A DNA stretch of 55,313 nt, filler included, from Squatina squatina (Eukaryota), in assembly GCA_031763465.1 (NCBI GenBank). It is 2 parts of 2 records of this genome, joined end to end, with 100 filler letters (N's around TTAATTAATTAA, not from the genome) between each part and the next. Parts side by side here need not be neighbours in the genome. Positions count along the whole stretch, not along the records: positions 1 to 28,291 come from JARFOE010000189.1; positions 28,392 to 55,313 come from JARFOE010000013.1. The stretch is one strand, 5' to 3'. Position numbers and translations under genes: made by a program. Below the pieces are notes generated by a model. That model ran no database searches. It worked only from the letters and a program-made list of their open reading frames with translations, and was not told the DNA's origin. Shown piece after piece: positions 24,680-37,007 of the stretch (the first letter of the stretch is position 1; each line of letters starts with the position of its first letter).

Positions 24680-25727
24680 TTAGCCATTCAGTTACGGTTA
24701 CATTTTATCCCAGCCCCAGACACATTGCAAACTCAATAAGTCAGCGCAGCCCCGTGAAAGGCAGCTTGCCTGAGTGCACCTGTTTCCCAGAATCAGTTCA
24801 TCAATAAAAAGCCCTGACCTGCTTTCCTTTCTAATTATCGCGACAGAGTAGAATAGATGAACTGGCATCCGCCAAATTGCAGCGAAGCTGTCCTCCAGCA
24901 CGAGCAGATATCACACACACACACAACGCAAGATTATTTTGTGGCGAACGGCACTTGGCAGGCAGGGTGGCAGCAGCGGCGGTGGCGTTGTGAGCCTCGG
25001 AGGCAGGAGCCCGGGCAGAACAAGATCTTCGCCGCGTGTGTGCATATGTGTGTGTGGAGAGAGTGGGGGCGGGGGTGCGAGCGCTCTGGGCTGAGCTGAG
25101 CTTTCGGGATCGAAAGCAATAAGAAAAGCGCCCTTTATTGGTGCTTCCCTCTGGCAATTCGGGGCCAGTCTCTGTGTGTGTGTGTGTGTGTGTGTGTGTT
25201 TGTTCCCTATTGGAATCTTCAAACTCGCATCTCGCATTAACTGTATTTCCAGCTTGCCCAAGTGCAGTCGCCTCAGTACCACTGACCGGAGAGTGAGGCG
25301 GGGAAGGGAGGGGAAATCCGACACAATTCTCTCAGAGACCGCTGATTGTCAGGTAAGAAAAAGAAGCCCGCTCGCGTTTGACAAACTCGAACCGCGTTGA
25401 CTGCTGGCAGAGGAGACGTCTGCTCGAGGTTTAGTAACTCACTTGTGTTTCATCTATCCTCTTGTTGCCCCCCTCTCCCGGTGGCGTCGCATTTCTTGCT
25501 GAGTATTACTGGAGACTTCCCGCCACCCCCGCCTCCTGAGAGAGACAGCGGGCACATTTGGTCAGAGTTCCCCACATCGGTTAGCACCTCGTCACATTTG
25601 CTGTATCTTCGAGTCGGGTGTTTATTGAAAGAAAAGGCGGCTCTGCCTGATGATAATTCAAGTCCGAAACTTGAGGGTTTTTTTTTCTTCTTCTTGTTGG
25701 TTGACTCGTGCATCAGGATAACGCTGC
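24680..25727 (+). promoter_or_regulatory. CpG-rich promoter / non-coding first exon with splice donor at 25353
   Basis: High CpG density without TIRs, GGGGCGGGG GC box, CA and TG microsatellites, consensus donor CAG|GTAAGA. Confidence 0.6.
25173..25198. repeat. (TG)13 microsatellite
   Basis: Read directly. Confidence 0.95.
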
Positions 25728-27420
25728 NNNNNNNNNNNNNNNNNNNNNNNNNNNNNNNNNNNNNNNNNNNNNNNNNNNNNNNNNNNNNNNNNNNNNNNNN
25801 NNNNNNNNNNNNNNNNNNNNNNNNNNNNNNNNNNNNNNNNNNNNNNNNNNNNNNNNNNNNNNNNNNNNNNNNNNNNNNNNNNNNNNNNNNNNNNNNNNNN
25901 NNNNNNNNNNNNNNNNNNNNNNNNNNNNNNNNNNNNNNNNNNNNNNNNNNNNNNNNNNNNNNNNNNNNNNNNNNNNNNNNNNNNNNNNNNNNNNNNNNNN
26001 NNNNNNNNNNNNNNNNNNNNNNNNNNNNNNNNNNNNNNNNNNNNNNNNNNNNNNNNNNNNNNNNNNNNNNNNNNNNNNNNNNNNNNNNNNNNNNNNNNNN
26101 NNNNNNNNNNNNNNNNNNNNNNNNNNNNNNNNNNNNNNNNNNNNNNNNNNNNNNNNNNNNNNNNNNNNNNNNNNNNNNNNNNNNNNNNNNNNNNNNNNNN
26201 NNNNNNNNNNNNNNNNNNNNNNNNNNNNNNNNNNNNNNNNNNNNNNNNNNNNNNNNNNNNNNNNNNNNNNNNNNNNNNNNNNNNNNNNNNNNNNNNNNNN
26301 NNNNNNNNNNNNNNNNNNNNNNNNNNNNNNNNNNNNNNNNNNNNNNNNNNNNNNNNNNNNNNNNNNNNNNNNNNNNNNNNNNNNNNNNNNNNNNNNNNNN
26401 NNNNNNNNNNNNNNNNNNNNNNNNNNCAGTGAGCAACTAACATCCAATATAAGTAATGTTGATTGCTAACGGGCCCAGCATGCTGGCTTGTGGGAACATT
26501 AGTTGAACATTATTTGATCTGTTTTGCACGTGTGTTCCATACAACTTGTTATGCAGTATGTTCTGTCCTGTAAACAGGCTATTGATCCCTGTATGTGGTG
26601 AGTTTAAATTGGTTTGGATTTTCAGTGAAAACTACAGCTGCAGCATTTTGCAGTTTTAATCATAAAATTAAATAGTTTTGCTTTCAAATAAGTAGTGAAA
26701 GTGCCTTCAAAGCCAGTGTATGTTCCCTGTTTCTGTTTAAAACTCTTAATTCTGTTGTATTTGTTTACTTTGTTGCTAGTTTTCCTGACATGGCAATGTT
26801 TCATAGACAACAGTATTGAAGATGCGCAAGCAATACTGCCAACACAAAGCATTATGAATGCTGTAGTTTCCCTAAGCATTTTAAAATTATTTTCAATGGA
26901 AATCTGGCTACTGAAATATTTAAAGCAGCAGCAAACACTTGTCTAATCTCAAACTGAACTTTGAAGTACCGAAGAAAGTCGCCCTTTAAAAAAAAATGAA
27001 TGCTCTTGTGGTTTGAAATCAGAGGTTCAAATGACATGTTTACAAATTGTACAACTGATACAAACCTTATTAAAATCTATAAAGTAGTTACATAAACTTA
27101 CTGCATGCTGTGACTGGAAGGAAGGAATGTTTGGGTGGGAAAAAAATAAATGCATTTTTATTGAATATTCAAACAATTCTACTACTATAAATGTAAAATG
27201 TTTATTTGCCTCATCCACATATGTATTTGAAGGGAGTTTCTTTTGATTCGCAGAAATCATGAGATCAAGTAGAATTGTTTAATTATGAATGGGAACTGAA
27301 AGTATTTTTTACTTAACATTTGAAAACAAAATCAAGATGTTGCTGTAGGGCTCTGAAAGAATTTGATATCCAGAAGAAAATAGGTGGATAATAATTCTTT
27401 CTTCCTTACTCTTTTATTAG

Positions 27421-27668
27421 ATGAACATCTGGTAGACCTGTACAAATGCTCTCTGATTCCCACATCACGTTGTGCTGCTCCTCTGTTCCAACTTTGTTTT
27501 ACTTGCTGCACCTCATTTGACAATGTTTCTAAAAGGCAACACTCTGGGACTGTGGGATGTAAGGTGTAGGATGTTTCCAGTTCCACGATCAAAAGGACAA
27601 CATCAGATCTGGCAGATGAATGGAGTACCACCTCCCTGGATTTGGACTGCTCCAGCTGTACCTGGTCT
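27421..27668 (+). other. Candidate exon with possible start codon at 27523
   Basis: Long pyrimidine tract ttctttcttccttactcttttattag; frame MFLKGNTLGLWDVRCRMFPVPRSKGQHQIWQMNGVPPPWIWTAPAVPG open into the gap. Confidence 0.3.
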
Positions 27669-28291
27669 NNNNNNNNNNNNNNNNNNNNNNNNNNNNNNNN
27701 NNNNNNNNNNNNNNNNNNNNNNNNNNNNNNNNNNNNNNNNNNNNNNNNNNNNNNNNNNNNNNNNNNNNCTGCACTTCAGAAATGTTTATTTAATATGTTG
27801 ACAGTATTTACTGTTAATTTTTAATAGATTTCAGTCATGAGGTAATTTTTTGACTTTCCCATTCCTTTTAGCATCTGTACCTAATGCTTATTTGCTAGGT
27901 GTCAATTGTTTATCCCATATAATCTTAATTTCATAGATTGGGTGATTTGATTTGTGGTTCACGCTGATCTCAGTTTTGAGGAAGAGATTGTGTTGACAGA
28001 TGTTTGCCCATTACTGGCAGACGGCACTGCAGCTATAGTTTGATTTTTCACAATCCTAATATACAACTTGTATCAGTGACTGTCAAGTTTAATTTACCTT
28101 TTAGTCATTCTTTGTGTCTATTTCACAGGATCAAGGAAACTAAATTTGAAGAGGAAGTATTTGAAAATGTAAAGAACTTAAGATGGCAATATAGTTTTAA
28201 TTAGAAAATAACTTGAATGAGAATTAATAACTAGAACATCAAAACCCAACACAATTTAATTTGTATTAAATAATTTCAGGAATTTTTGATA

Positions 28292-28391
28292 NNNNNNNNN
28301 NNNNNNNNNNNNNNNNNNNNNNNNNNNNNNNNNNNTTAATTAATTAANNNNNNNNNNNNNNNNNNNNNNNNNNNNNNNNNNNNNNNNNNNN
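28292..28391. other. Artificial scaffold linker: N44-TTAATTAATTAA-N44
   Basis: Exactly 100 nt and symmetric; the palindrome places TAA in all six frames. Confidence 0.92.
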
Positions 28392-28614
28392 GGAATATGA
28401 TTACAGAAGGACAATCAGGTGTACATGAACCTGCGTAAAAAGATTCAGTTTTATTCTAATTGCTAGACTATTTTAAAATGTTTCTTGGTTCTATTAATGA
28501 AATACAATCTCATACGTTTATTTCAGGATACTGATTCCCAGAGGAGACAAATCTTCAAAAACCTTACTAAAATTGTGTGAACGGAACAATTTAAAAATTC
28601 AAATTATCCTATTA

Positions 28615-28773
<159 letters not shown>

Positions 28774-29117
28774 TCACCAAAATGTGAAACTTGGTAGGTA
28801 GCAATTTTCCACCTAAAACAAGAATCAAGAACAAGCTTAGAACAGGGGGCACATTCTGAACTGGAAGCCAATATCAGAACATTGTAGTACCATTGACCTG
28901 AGAACAAGTACAACAACTTAACTTCAGATGTACTGAAAAACTTTTCCCAGACACACTCAAGACAGTGCAGAGATGAGGCACGAGACTCATTTTTAAAGTC
29001 AGAAGAAATCAATGAGGAAAACCAAGAACGTTGGTTTTTCAGCCTCGGAGTGGGGGTGGCGGGGAGGAAGAGACAGAAGCTAGTAACAAAAAGCAGAGTA
29101 CTGTAACTGCTACAAAT

Positions 29118-29212
29118 ATGGAATAAAAACAGAAAATGCTCAGCAAGTCAGGTAACATCTGTAGAGAGGGGAAGCTAGGGTTAACACTCAGTTGATGAAT
29201 GCTTGTCAGAAA
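29118..29212. mobile_element. Decayed Penelope-type terminal repeat
   Basis: AATAAAAACAGAAAATGCTCAGCAAGTCAGGTAACATCTGTAGAGAG...GTTAAC matches 53415-53480 and 53950-54000. Confidence 0.65.
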
Positions 29213-29755
29213 ATAGTAAACAAACATTACTTCAAATGAAATTGAGTTTCAAATTACTGCAAGGCAAATTTAGGACTTATCAAAATGTTCTTCATTCAAG
29301 TAATACTGAAGATTGAAAGGCCATTCAGGTAAAGTAAATGGAGAAAACAAATGCATGGAATTATTTATTCTGGATGGGAAAATGGCCACCTTCTTCCATA
29401 TCTATTTTTTAATCTTGTGACTACTACACTCAACTCAGCCATCTCAGGAAAGGTATGTCAAGGATAAGAACAATCAGCCAAATCCATTCCCAAGAACATG
29501 GGAACCTTTTCCTGGCACAAGAATCTTTGTGCTTACATTTCGACATTCATGACAAGGTACAATTTTTAAATGGAATCTACAGAATCATGTATAAACATGC
29601 AACTGTGAATAGTTTGCAAAGACCCAGGCAGTGAATGAAATTGCAGATTAAAATTCATGTAACACCATGAAAATATGTAGCAAGAAATATTCATTCTACA
29701 CCATTAATTATTTTGCTCTATCATTGCTTTTTGCGATTCCCATTTCACTTTATAT

Positions 29756-30004
29756 GGGGAACGGTAGCAGTGGTTAAATTACTGGACTAGTAATCCAGAG
29801 ACGTGAGGTCAAATCCTACCTCGGCAGCTGTGGAATTTAAATTCAGTTAAAATTAAAAATAAAATCTGGAATGTTGACCATGAAACTACCAGATTGTCCT
29901 AAAAAGCCCATCTGGTTCACCTAATGTCCTTTAGGGAAGGGAATCTGCCATCCTTACCTGGTCTGGCCTATATGTGACTCCAGACCCACAGCAAAGTGGT
30001 TGAC
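29756..30004 (+). mobile_element. HE1-type tRNA-derived elasmobranch SINE
   Basis: tRNA-like head (CAGTGGTTAA...GGACTAGTAATCCAGAG...GGTCAAATCC), core GACCATGAAAC...CCCATCTGGTTCAC..AATGTCCTTTAGGGAAGG..ATCTGCC..CCTTACCTGGTCTGGCCTA. Confidence 0.8.
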
Positions 30005-30103
30005 NNNNNNNNNNNNNNNNNNNNNNNNNNNNNNNNNNNNNNNNNNNNNNNNNNNNNNNNNNNNNNNNNNNNNNNNNNNNNNNNNNNNNNNNNNNNNNNN
30101 NNN

Positions 30104-30295
30104 NGTGGAACTTGCAGGGAGTGGTTGAAGTGAATAGTACCGATGCATTTAAGGGGAGGCCAGACAAACATATGAGGGAGAAGGAAATAGAGGTTATGCT
30201 GATAGATTTAGATGAGGAAAGATGGAAGGAGGCTCGAGTGGAATATAAATGCCGGCATGGACTGATTGGGTTGAATGTGTCATATATCCTATGTA
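30104..30295 (+). mobile_element. CR1 LINE 3' end
   Basis: WN...VVEVNSTDAFKGRPDKHM C-terminal motif followed by a CR1-type 3' UTR. Confidence 0.8.
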
Positions 30296-30733
30296 GTCCT
30301 GCAAGAAGGTGAGCGATGGATATTTGATATTTGGGGTGATCACATAATTTGGAAGGCAAGATTAATTATTCTGGAAGGTAACTAATGGGTCTGGGGCCTC
30401 CTGGGGCTTGTGCGATCACCTGTGAGGAACCAGAGGGCAAGTTTTGACAGAAGACTCCTGAATTGGCTACAAGTCTTTTTTCCCCCTAAAGGCTGAAGGG
30501 AGGGGGTTGGTACATGGGGAGGGGATCAGACAAGAAAAATAAGGCGAAAATGTATAGGCCCGGTGGCCTTTTCTCATCCTGGGCACATAACCAGATATTA
30601 GGTACAATCAATCTNNNNNNNNNNNNNNNNNNNNNNNNNCCTCAGGAGGTAGCAAATATTCACAACTAATCACACTATAAAACCTCCAAAAGGATGTTGG
30701 AAAATATTGGGTGCACTCCTTTACTGACAAAAG

Positions 30734-31169
30734 TTAAGGTTGCAGCTGGAAATGAAGTGCTATATCCACTGGTACCTCACAGTCTTTCAACAAGAGGGCA
30801 CAGTCTCGACAGAGCTGCTTAACCATTTCTGCTTCACCAGTTCCTGCTGCTGTCCTACAACATTTCTGGTGTAACAAAGTGGTACTGTTGGTTCCACGGT
30901 CATGATTTGCCATCTCACTGCCCGAGTTGCAGCAGCTTTCACCTTTAGCACCACTGCAGCTACTCGCCTCCGGCTGTTTCTCTGATGCAGTGTCCAAGCC
31001 CATGTCCTCAATGCACTCCATTACATCATTGACACTCGTTTCCTGGGGGGGTGCACTCAGATTTCTACAAATAAGTTCCTCCTGCTGGGCAGCAACACCA
31101 AGGAGCTGGTTTACTTTGGCCAGGAGATTAGGATCACTTCCATTCAGGTGACACCATGACAGCAAGGCA
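30734..31169 (-). CDS. Probable terminal coding exon (about 144 aa, Cys-rich C-terminus); gene unassigned
   Basis: ttttctatttctgcag acceptor, 436 nt open frame ALLSWCHLNGSDPNLLAKV...KQLCRDCALLLKDCEVPVDIALHFQLQP*, GC higher than flanks. Confidence 0.65.
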
Positions 31170-31489
31170 CTGCAGAAATAGAAAATGTACTGAGTTTTGT
31201 TTAGGGTATTTCCTACTTACAGCATCCAACATTGTATAAAAAATAAAAGCATGACTAGGTGATACAATCTAAGCTACAGGTGCCAATATAAAGAATTGTA
31301 AATAATGCAACATCACACAATAATGTATTTAAATTAAAAATCTGATTTGAGGCACTAAGTGAAAAATATTACTGTTGTGAAACTATTGGTTTGGAGCATC
31401 TCTTAACTAAAAAAATGCACATCCAGAATAAAAAGGGTTTTTGCAGTATCCATTTTTTTGCAAATAGCTGACAGTAAATGAAAGGACAC

Positions 31490-31555
31490 CTAAGAACCTA
31501 AGAGCATAAGAAATAGGATCAGGAGTCGGCCATTTGACCCCTCGAGCCTGCTCCG
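31490..31555 (-). mobile_element. CR1 LINE 3' terminus
   Basis: taagaacctaagagcataagaaataggatcaggagtcggccatttgacccctcgagcctgctccg is a reversed CR1 tail with short terminal repeats. Confidence 0.8.
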
Positions 31556-32379
31556 NNNNNNNNNNNNNNNNNNNNNNNNNNNNNNNNNNNNNNNNNNNNN
31601 NNNNNNNNNNNNNNNNNNNNNNNNNNNNNNNNNNNNNNNNNNNNNNNNNNNNNNNNNNNNNNNNNNNNNNNNNNNNNNNNNNNNNNNNNNNNNNNNNNNN
31701 NNNNNNNNNNNNNNNNNNNNNNNNNNNNNNNNNNNNNNNNNNNNNNNNNNNNNNNNNNNNNNNNNNNNNNNNNNNNNNNNNNNNNNNNNNNNNNNNNNNN
31801 NNNNNNNNNNNNNNNNNNNNNNNNNNNNNNNNNNNNNNNNNNNNNNNNNNNNNNNNNNNNNNNNNNNNNNNNNNNNNNNNNNNNNNNNNNNNNNNNNNNN
31901 NNNNNNNNNNNNNNNNNNNNNNNNNNNNNNNNNNNNNNNNNNNNNNNNNNNNNNNNNNNNNNNNNNNNNNNNNNNNNNNNNNNNNNNNNNNNNNNNNNNN
32001 NNNNNNNNNNNNNNNNNNNNNNNNNNNNNNNNNNNNNNNNNNNNNNNNNNNNNNNNNNNNNNNNNNNNNNNNNNNNNNNNNNNNNNNNNNNNNNNNNNNN
32101 NNNNNNNNNNNNNNNNNNNNNNNNNNNNNNNNNNNNNNNNNNNNNNNNNNNNNNNNNNNNNNNNNNNNNNNNNNNNNNNNNNNNNNNNNNNNNNNNNNNN
32201 NNNNNNNNNNNNNNNNNNNNNNNNNNNNNNNNNNNNNNNNNNNNNNNNNNNNNNNNNNNNNNNNNNNNNNNNNNNNNNNNNNNNNNNNNNNNTGTCTCCA
32301 TTTTTTATAGTACAGGTAATAAAGATGAATACTATTCTACAAAGTGATTCTTCAAACACTGATAATTAGATAGGTCAAT

Positions 32380-32548
32380 GGAGAATAGCAGGTCAGTCAG
32401 TAGCTGGAGAGAAACAATGAGTTAAATGTTTTGTGTATTGACACTTCAAAACTCTGACCAAGAGTCTACACCCAAAACCGTAACCAGCCTTTTCTTTTCA
32501 TATGCCGATGGGCGAGTTGTGTATTTGCAGAATTGTGTTTTATTTCAC
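32380..32548. mobile_element. Highly decayed palindromic Penelope-type element
   Basis: GCAGGTCAG...GGAGAGAAAC..GAGTTAA arm, then an inverted arm ending TATTTGCAG...TGTTTTATTTCA. Confidence 0.5.
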
Positions 32549-32974
32549 CCTTCCAATTTGTTTTAGGATGTTTATTCAACTAACATAATTCGGATTGTAG
32601 TCAGTGCACCAACAGGTTCAATCAGGTTAGAATGAATGCAATTAATGAATAACTGCACAAGCTCCCAAAGTTATGCTCATCGATCGATTGAGTGAGCAAA
32701 TATGAATCGGTCGTATAGTTAATGGCTCACCCTAACCTTTCCTCCCTACCCATTAACTGGAGTTCCTCAAAGCACAGTCATCTGTCTGTTCTTTCTTCAG
32801 ATCACCCCATCATCTAACCCAATTTTAGGGTATTTTGTATCCAGAGTTATTAATAAGTCATGTTCTTGTGATATCAGCTGTGTTTATAGAAGGATACAGA
32901 AGCACCGGATACAGGATAGAGAGGCACTGGATACAGGGCACATAATTCAGTGCTTCTATATCCTGTATTAGGTA

Positions 32975-33396
32975 CAAAGTGTTTTTACAAGGATACCAGA
33001 ACTGAGGGTACAATTATCAGGAAAGACTGAACAGGCTGGGACTCCTTTCTCTAGAAAAGAGACCGACAGGTGACCTGATAGAGGTTTTTAAAATTATGAA
33101 GCGATTCGATAGGGTAGACATTAGAGAAGATATTTCCATTTATGGGGGAGTTGAAAACTAAGGGTCATAAGTACAAGAATCACTAAAAAATCTAATAAGG
33201 AATTCAGGAGAAAGTTCTTTACTCAGCATGGTTAGAATGTGGAACTCTAACTCTTGGAGAGGCTGAATGAATAGCATTTAAGGAGAAGCTAGATAAGTAC
33301 ATGAAGGAGAAAGGAATAAAAGGATATGCTGGTAGAGTAGGAGGAGGCTCGTGCGGAGCACAGACTAGTTGGGCAGAATGGCCTGTTTTTGTGTGC
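32975..33396 (+). mobile_element. CR1 LINE 3' region, decayed
   Basis: GDLIEVFKIMKRFDRVD, TKGHKYK, FRRKFFTQ..VRMWNS motifs, then 3' UTR GGGCAGAATGGCCTGTT. Confidence 0.85.
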
Positions 33397-33771
33397 TTTT
33401 AAAAAAAAACCTGGCACGTGTCCTGTGAGTAATTAGGCCACAGCTCCACAGACAGTGGCCATGGCTGCTTATGAGCCAAGTTGTGCACTTTTCTGCTGCA
33501 CTCTCACCTCAGAAGCCCTTTCAGCTGACCAGGGACCAACATCTTTTTCACACCCTCTTGGTAACCTTCATTGAAGCCACGCTGTAAAGTGGATTCTCGG
33601 CCAGCGTTTAGCCCATCCCGATAGCCTTCCTAGAAATAAATAGTTGGAAGCTAGTGACTTAATTAGCAACTNNNNNNNNNNNNNNNNNNNNNNNNNNNNN
33701 NNNNNNNNNNNNNNNNNNNNNNNNNNNNNNNNNNNNNNNNNNNNNNNNNNNNNNNNNNNNNNNNNNNNNNN

Positions 33772-33965
33772 CATGTGACATCTCCAGCCTCTTCTATCGA
33801 CTTGCCCGGGAACCGAGAGAGCTCCGCTCCGAATCTCCAACTCGGCGGGGGAGTGCTGAATATCGCAAATCTGGGAGGATCCAGGACCCTTGGTAAGTAC
33901 GTAATTTCTTTTGCGATTGGAGGTACCCGCACGCAGGAAGCCTCCAATTGCAATTTCAGGGCCCC
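33772..33965 (-). mobile_element. DNA transposon terminus (GGGGCCCTGAAATT end)
   Basis: Ends AATTTCAGGGCCCC; matches 20390-20503; abuts a CR1 fragment. Confidence 0.7.
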
Positions 33966-34301
33966 TATGTAATTGCTTTTATACTCTTATATGCCAATCC
34001 TTTTGTAATAAATGCCAACATACCATTTGCTTTCCAAATTGTTTGCTGTTCCTGCATGTTAATGTTCAGTGATTTGTGTACAAGGACACCCAGGTCCATC
34101 TGAATACCAGCGTTTCCCAATCTCTCACCATTTAAAAAACACTCTGCTTTTTTATTTTTCTGACCAAGGTGGATAACTTCACATTTCTCCACATAATATT
34201 TAATTTGTCACGTTCTTGCCCACTCACTAAACCTATTTATATCCCTTTGCAACCTCTTTGCATCCTCCTCACAGCTTACTTTCCGACTTAGCTTTGTATC
34301 G
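33966..34301 (-). mobile_element. CR1 LINE RT fragment
   Basis: DTKL...LQRDINRFSEWART, EKCEVIHLGQKN, DLGVLVHKSL, KANGMLAFI. Confidence 0.92.
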
Positions 34302-34569
34302 CNNNNNNNNNNNNNNNNNNNNNNNNNNNNNNNNNNNNNNNNNNNNNNNNNNNNNNNNNNNNNNNNNNNNNNNNNNNNNNNNNNNNNNNNNNNNNNNNNN
34401 NNGAATGGAAATCTAAAAGGTGAGCAATCTGTCACCTAAATAGGAAAAGGGGCATGTTCCATCATTCATTTAGATAATGGCTGATCTGTATCTCAACCCC
34501 ATTTATCTGCTTTGATCCATATCCTTTGATAAGTAAGGGTTTATGCAATGTGCATATAAAATGGCCCTA

Positions 34570-34700
34570 AAGGCTGTCGGATTGATCTCAAAAGCCCAAC
34601 GGATTCACTAATGTCTGTCAGGGAAGGGAGCTTGCGATACCTACTCGGTCTGGTCTGCATGTTACTTTAGTCCCACCACTATGTGATTGACTCTTAATTG
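34570..34700 (+). mobile_element. Diverged HE1-type SINE core
   Basis: AAAAGCCCAACGGATTCACTAATGTCTGTCAGGGAAGGG...GGTCTGGTCTGCATG aligns with 29900-30004. Confidence 0.65.
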
Positions 34701-35461
34701 CTGCCTTTCCAGTATCTCCTAAAAGCAAAGAACATGTTTAAAAAGATAGGAAGGTTTCTATCCGTCACATGACATTCTGCCTGTCTAGAGGCATTTGTGC
34801 AAATATTGCTGCATTCAAGTACCCCAGGTCACTGAGACTGGTTGGGAATAAAGGGGCAATGTGTTGACCACTGGAGTATTTGGCAGTCACCGACAGATCA
34901 TTCTCTGAGCATCACCAACCTTATTGAAGAATAGAAACTCTTATGCTTGAAGTGCTCGTTCAGAATAACAGTGACTGAATCTCCACGATGGTACGATCCA
35001 CCACACCCAGAAACCAGAAATAGCATCAAACTCTGGAGAAATGAATGAACCTGCCAGCAGTCTAGAACAGCACATCAGTCACCTCTTGAATAGAGACAGA
35101 CATGGTGCCTTCACCAATGCCACTACAATCTCATTTTGCTGCCTGCAAAGACCTCGAAAGGGAAAAAAATATTAATGACTGCTGTTAGTGACAGAAAAGC
35201 AGTTGGGGTCACTGAAGATCTCTCTGGATCTGAAGACAGCAATTCACATTTCGATGTAATTGTCTCCCTTGTGAGTCAAAGCGTGCTTACACACTGCTGC
35301 TCTGTTAAAGGGAGGTACAGTTTCAAATGGATGAGACTTTCTCCTTGTTGCCCTCTATGCATCTCATGTTCTTCCTGGCCCCTTGCAGACAATACATTGG
35401 TTGCCACCACTGGTGTAAAAGTCACTTTTCACAGGTTAGGGTGGACTGAATATTTGGACTG

Positions 35462-35638
35462 AATATTTGACTAACTTGATCGAGTTCTTTGATGAAGGAA
35501 TGGAGAGGGTTGATGAGGGTAGTGCGGTTGATCTTGTGTTTATGGACTTTAAAAAGGCATTTGATAAAGTACCAAATAATGGACTTATTAGCAAAATTGA
35601 AGCCAATGGGAGTAAAGGGGCAGGGGCTACATGGACAT
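35462..35638 (+). mobile_element. CR1 LINE RT fragment
   Basis: LTNLIEFFDE...VDEGSAVDLVFMDFKKAFDKVP. Confidence 0.92.
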
Positions 35639-36869
35639 NNNNNNNNNNNNNNNNNNNNNNNNNNNNNNNNNNNNNNNNNNNNNNNNNNNNNNNNNNNNNN
35701 NNNNNNNNNNNNNNNNNNNNNNNNNNNNNNNNNNNNNNCAGGTATACCTGCACCCGAGGCCTTCAGAGGGATCTGGTACGGTCAGCGCTGGTACACAGGG
35801 AGAGATCAGGTGTGCTGTGGGCCCACCTGTAGGTCCAGACCTGGCTAGAGGTCTGCACCCCAACTTGCCCCCAAAGATCTGGCATTAAAGTGTTTAAATT
35901 TTTTAAGTGGCTCCATTTATAAGAGGGCCTTGGGGCTACCTGCAGTTTTTTTTTCAGGATGGGAAACATGGCCTCCCCAACACCTGGGTTAGAAGTCTTC
36001 AGCATGGCTTTCGGGCATCTTTGGCAGGATTGGGGGTGGGGGGTGTCGCAGACATGTCCTTAGCTTGCCATCATGGCATTCCACCTGACCCCGTGAGCCT
36101 CAGCAGGGCCAGGAGCGGGGTAGGAGCATCTTGGCTCTTAGATTCAGGTGCACCACCTCCTGTGGGATTTCCAGAGCTGTTACGCTTTGTGATTCAGCAC
36201 CAGATTGATGGTGGCCACCTTGTATCCCACACCGGGTTACCCAGGGCAATCAATCATCCTTGCAATCAGGGCCTCTGTAATAAATTGGTGCACAGCAAAG
36301 ACAACTTGAAACAATTTCTAGAAGCCTGAGCTAATGCACTTTTCTTTAAAACCATTTCATGTTATGAAATATCAATCACCGCAACAGACACAGCGACATA
36401 CAGACAACGGTCGAGATAGATTAGTAGTGAGGGCATTAAGCTGCCCCTCACTGACTATCATAGTGTCAGTAAATGTGATTAATAGTAAAGAGCTAGTAGA
36501 ACTAAATGGAATTAAATGAAGTTCGACCAAGTTATTAATGTTAAATAGAAATTTAGGGCTAAAGTTTCGTTGCGTAGCACTGGTTATTTGGGCGCTGTAG
36601 GAGCCATTTTGAATCAAAAATGGCATCCAAGCCTCGTGCATACAATTCTGGCCCGAGCTGCGCCGGATGCCGTCTTGGTGAGGGTGTTAGCATTGGTAAT
36701 GGGAGCGTGTGCTCAAATAGGTAGAGTAGGAATTTCGTGATTTGACGCCAGCGCTGTCATTTTCATTCTCAACGCTGAAAGTAGTGCCCTGTGTAAACCT
36801 CGCACAGCTGATCATGTGTTCAGTAGTTGCAAGGACCCCCTACCAGCGATAGTTAAAGGGATCATCAAC

Positions 36870-37007
36870 CACAGGAGGTCAATTATCTCAGCCCCAGAAC
36901 ATCGCTGCAGGAGTTCCTCAGGGCAGTGTCCTAGGCCCAACCAGCTTCAGCTGCTTCAGTAATGACCTTTCCTCCATCATAAGGTCAGAACTGGGGATAT
37001 TCGTTGA
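36870..37007 (+). mobile_element. CR1-group LINE RT fragment
   Basis: IAAGVPQGSVLGPTSFSCFSNDL...GIFVD. Confidence 0.9.

Noticed and set aside
28336-28347. Perfect palindrome TTAATTAATTAA as a biological site
   Set aside because: Centred in an exact 100-nt N spacer, so it is an assembly linker
29756-29830. tRNA gene
   Set aside because: The tRNA-like head continues directly into a SINE body, and no complete cloverleaf is evident
32900-32945. Short GGATACAG repeats as a CRISPR-like array
   Set aside because: Only a few 8-nt repeats with irregular short spacing, in a eukaryotic context with no cas genes
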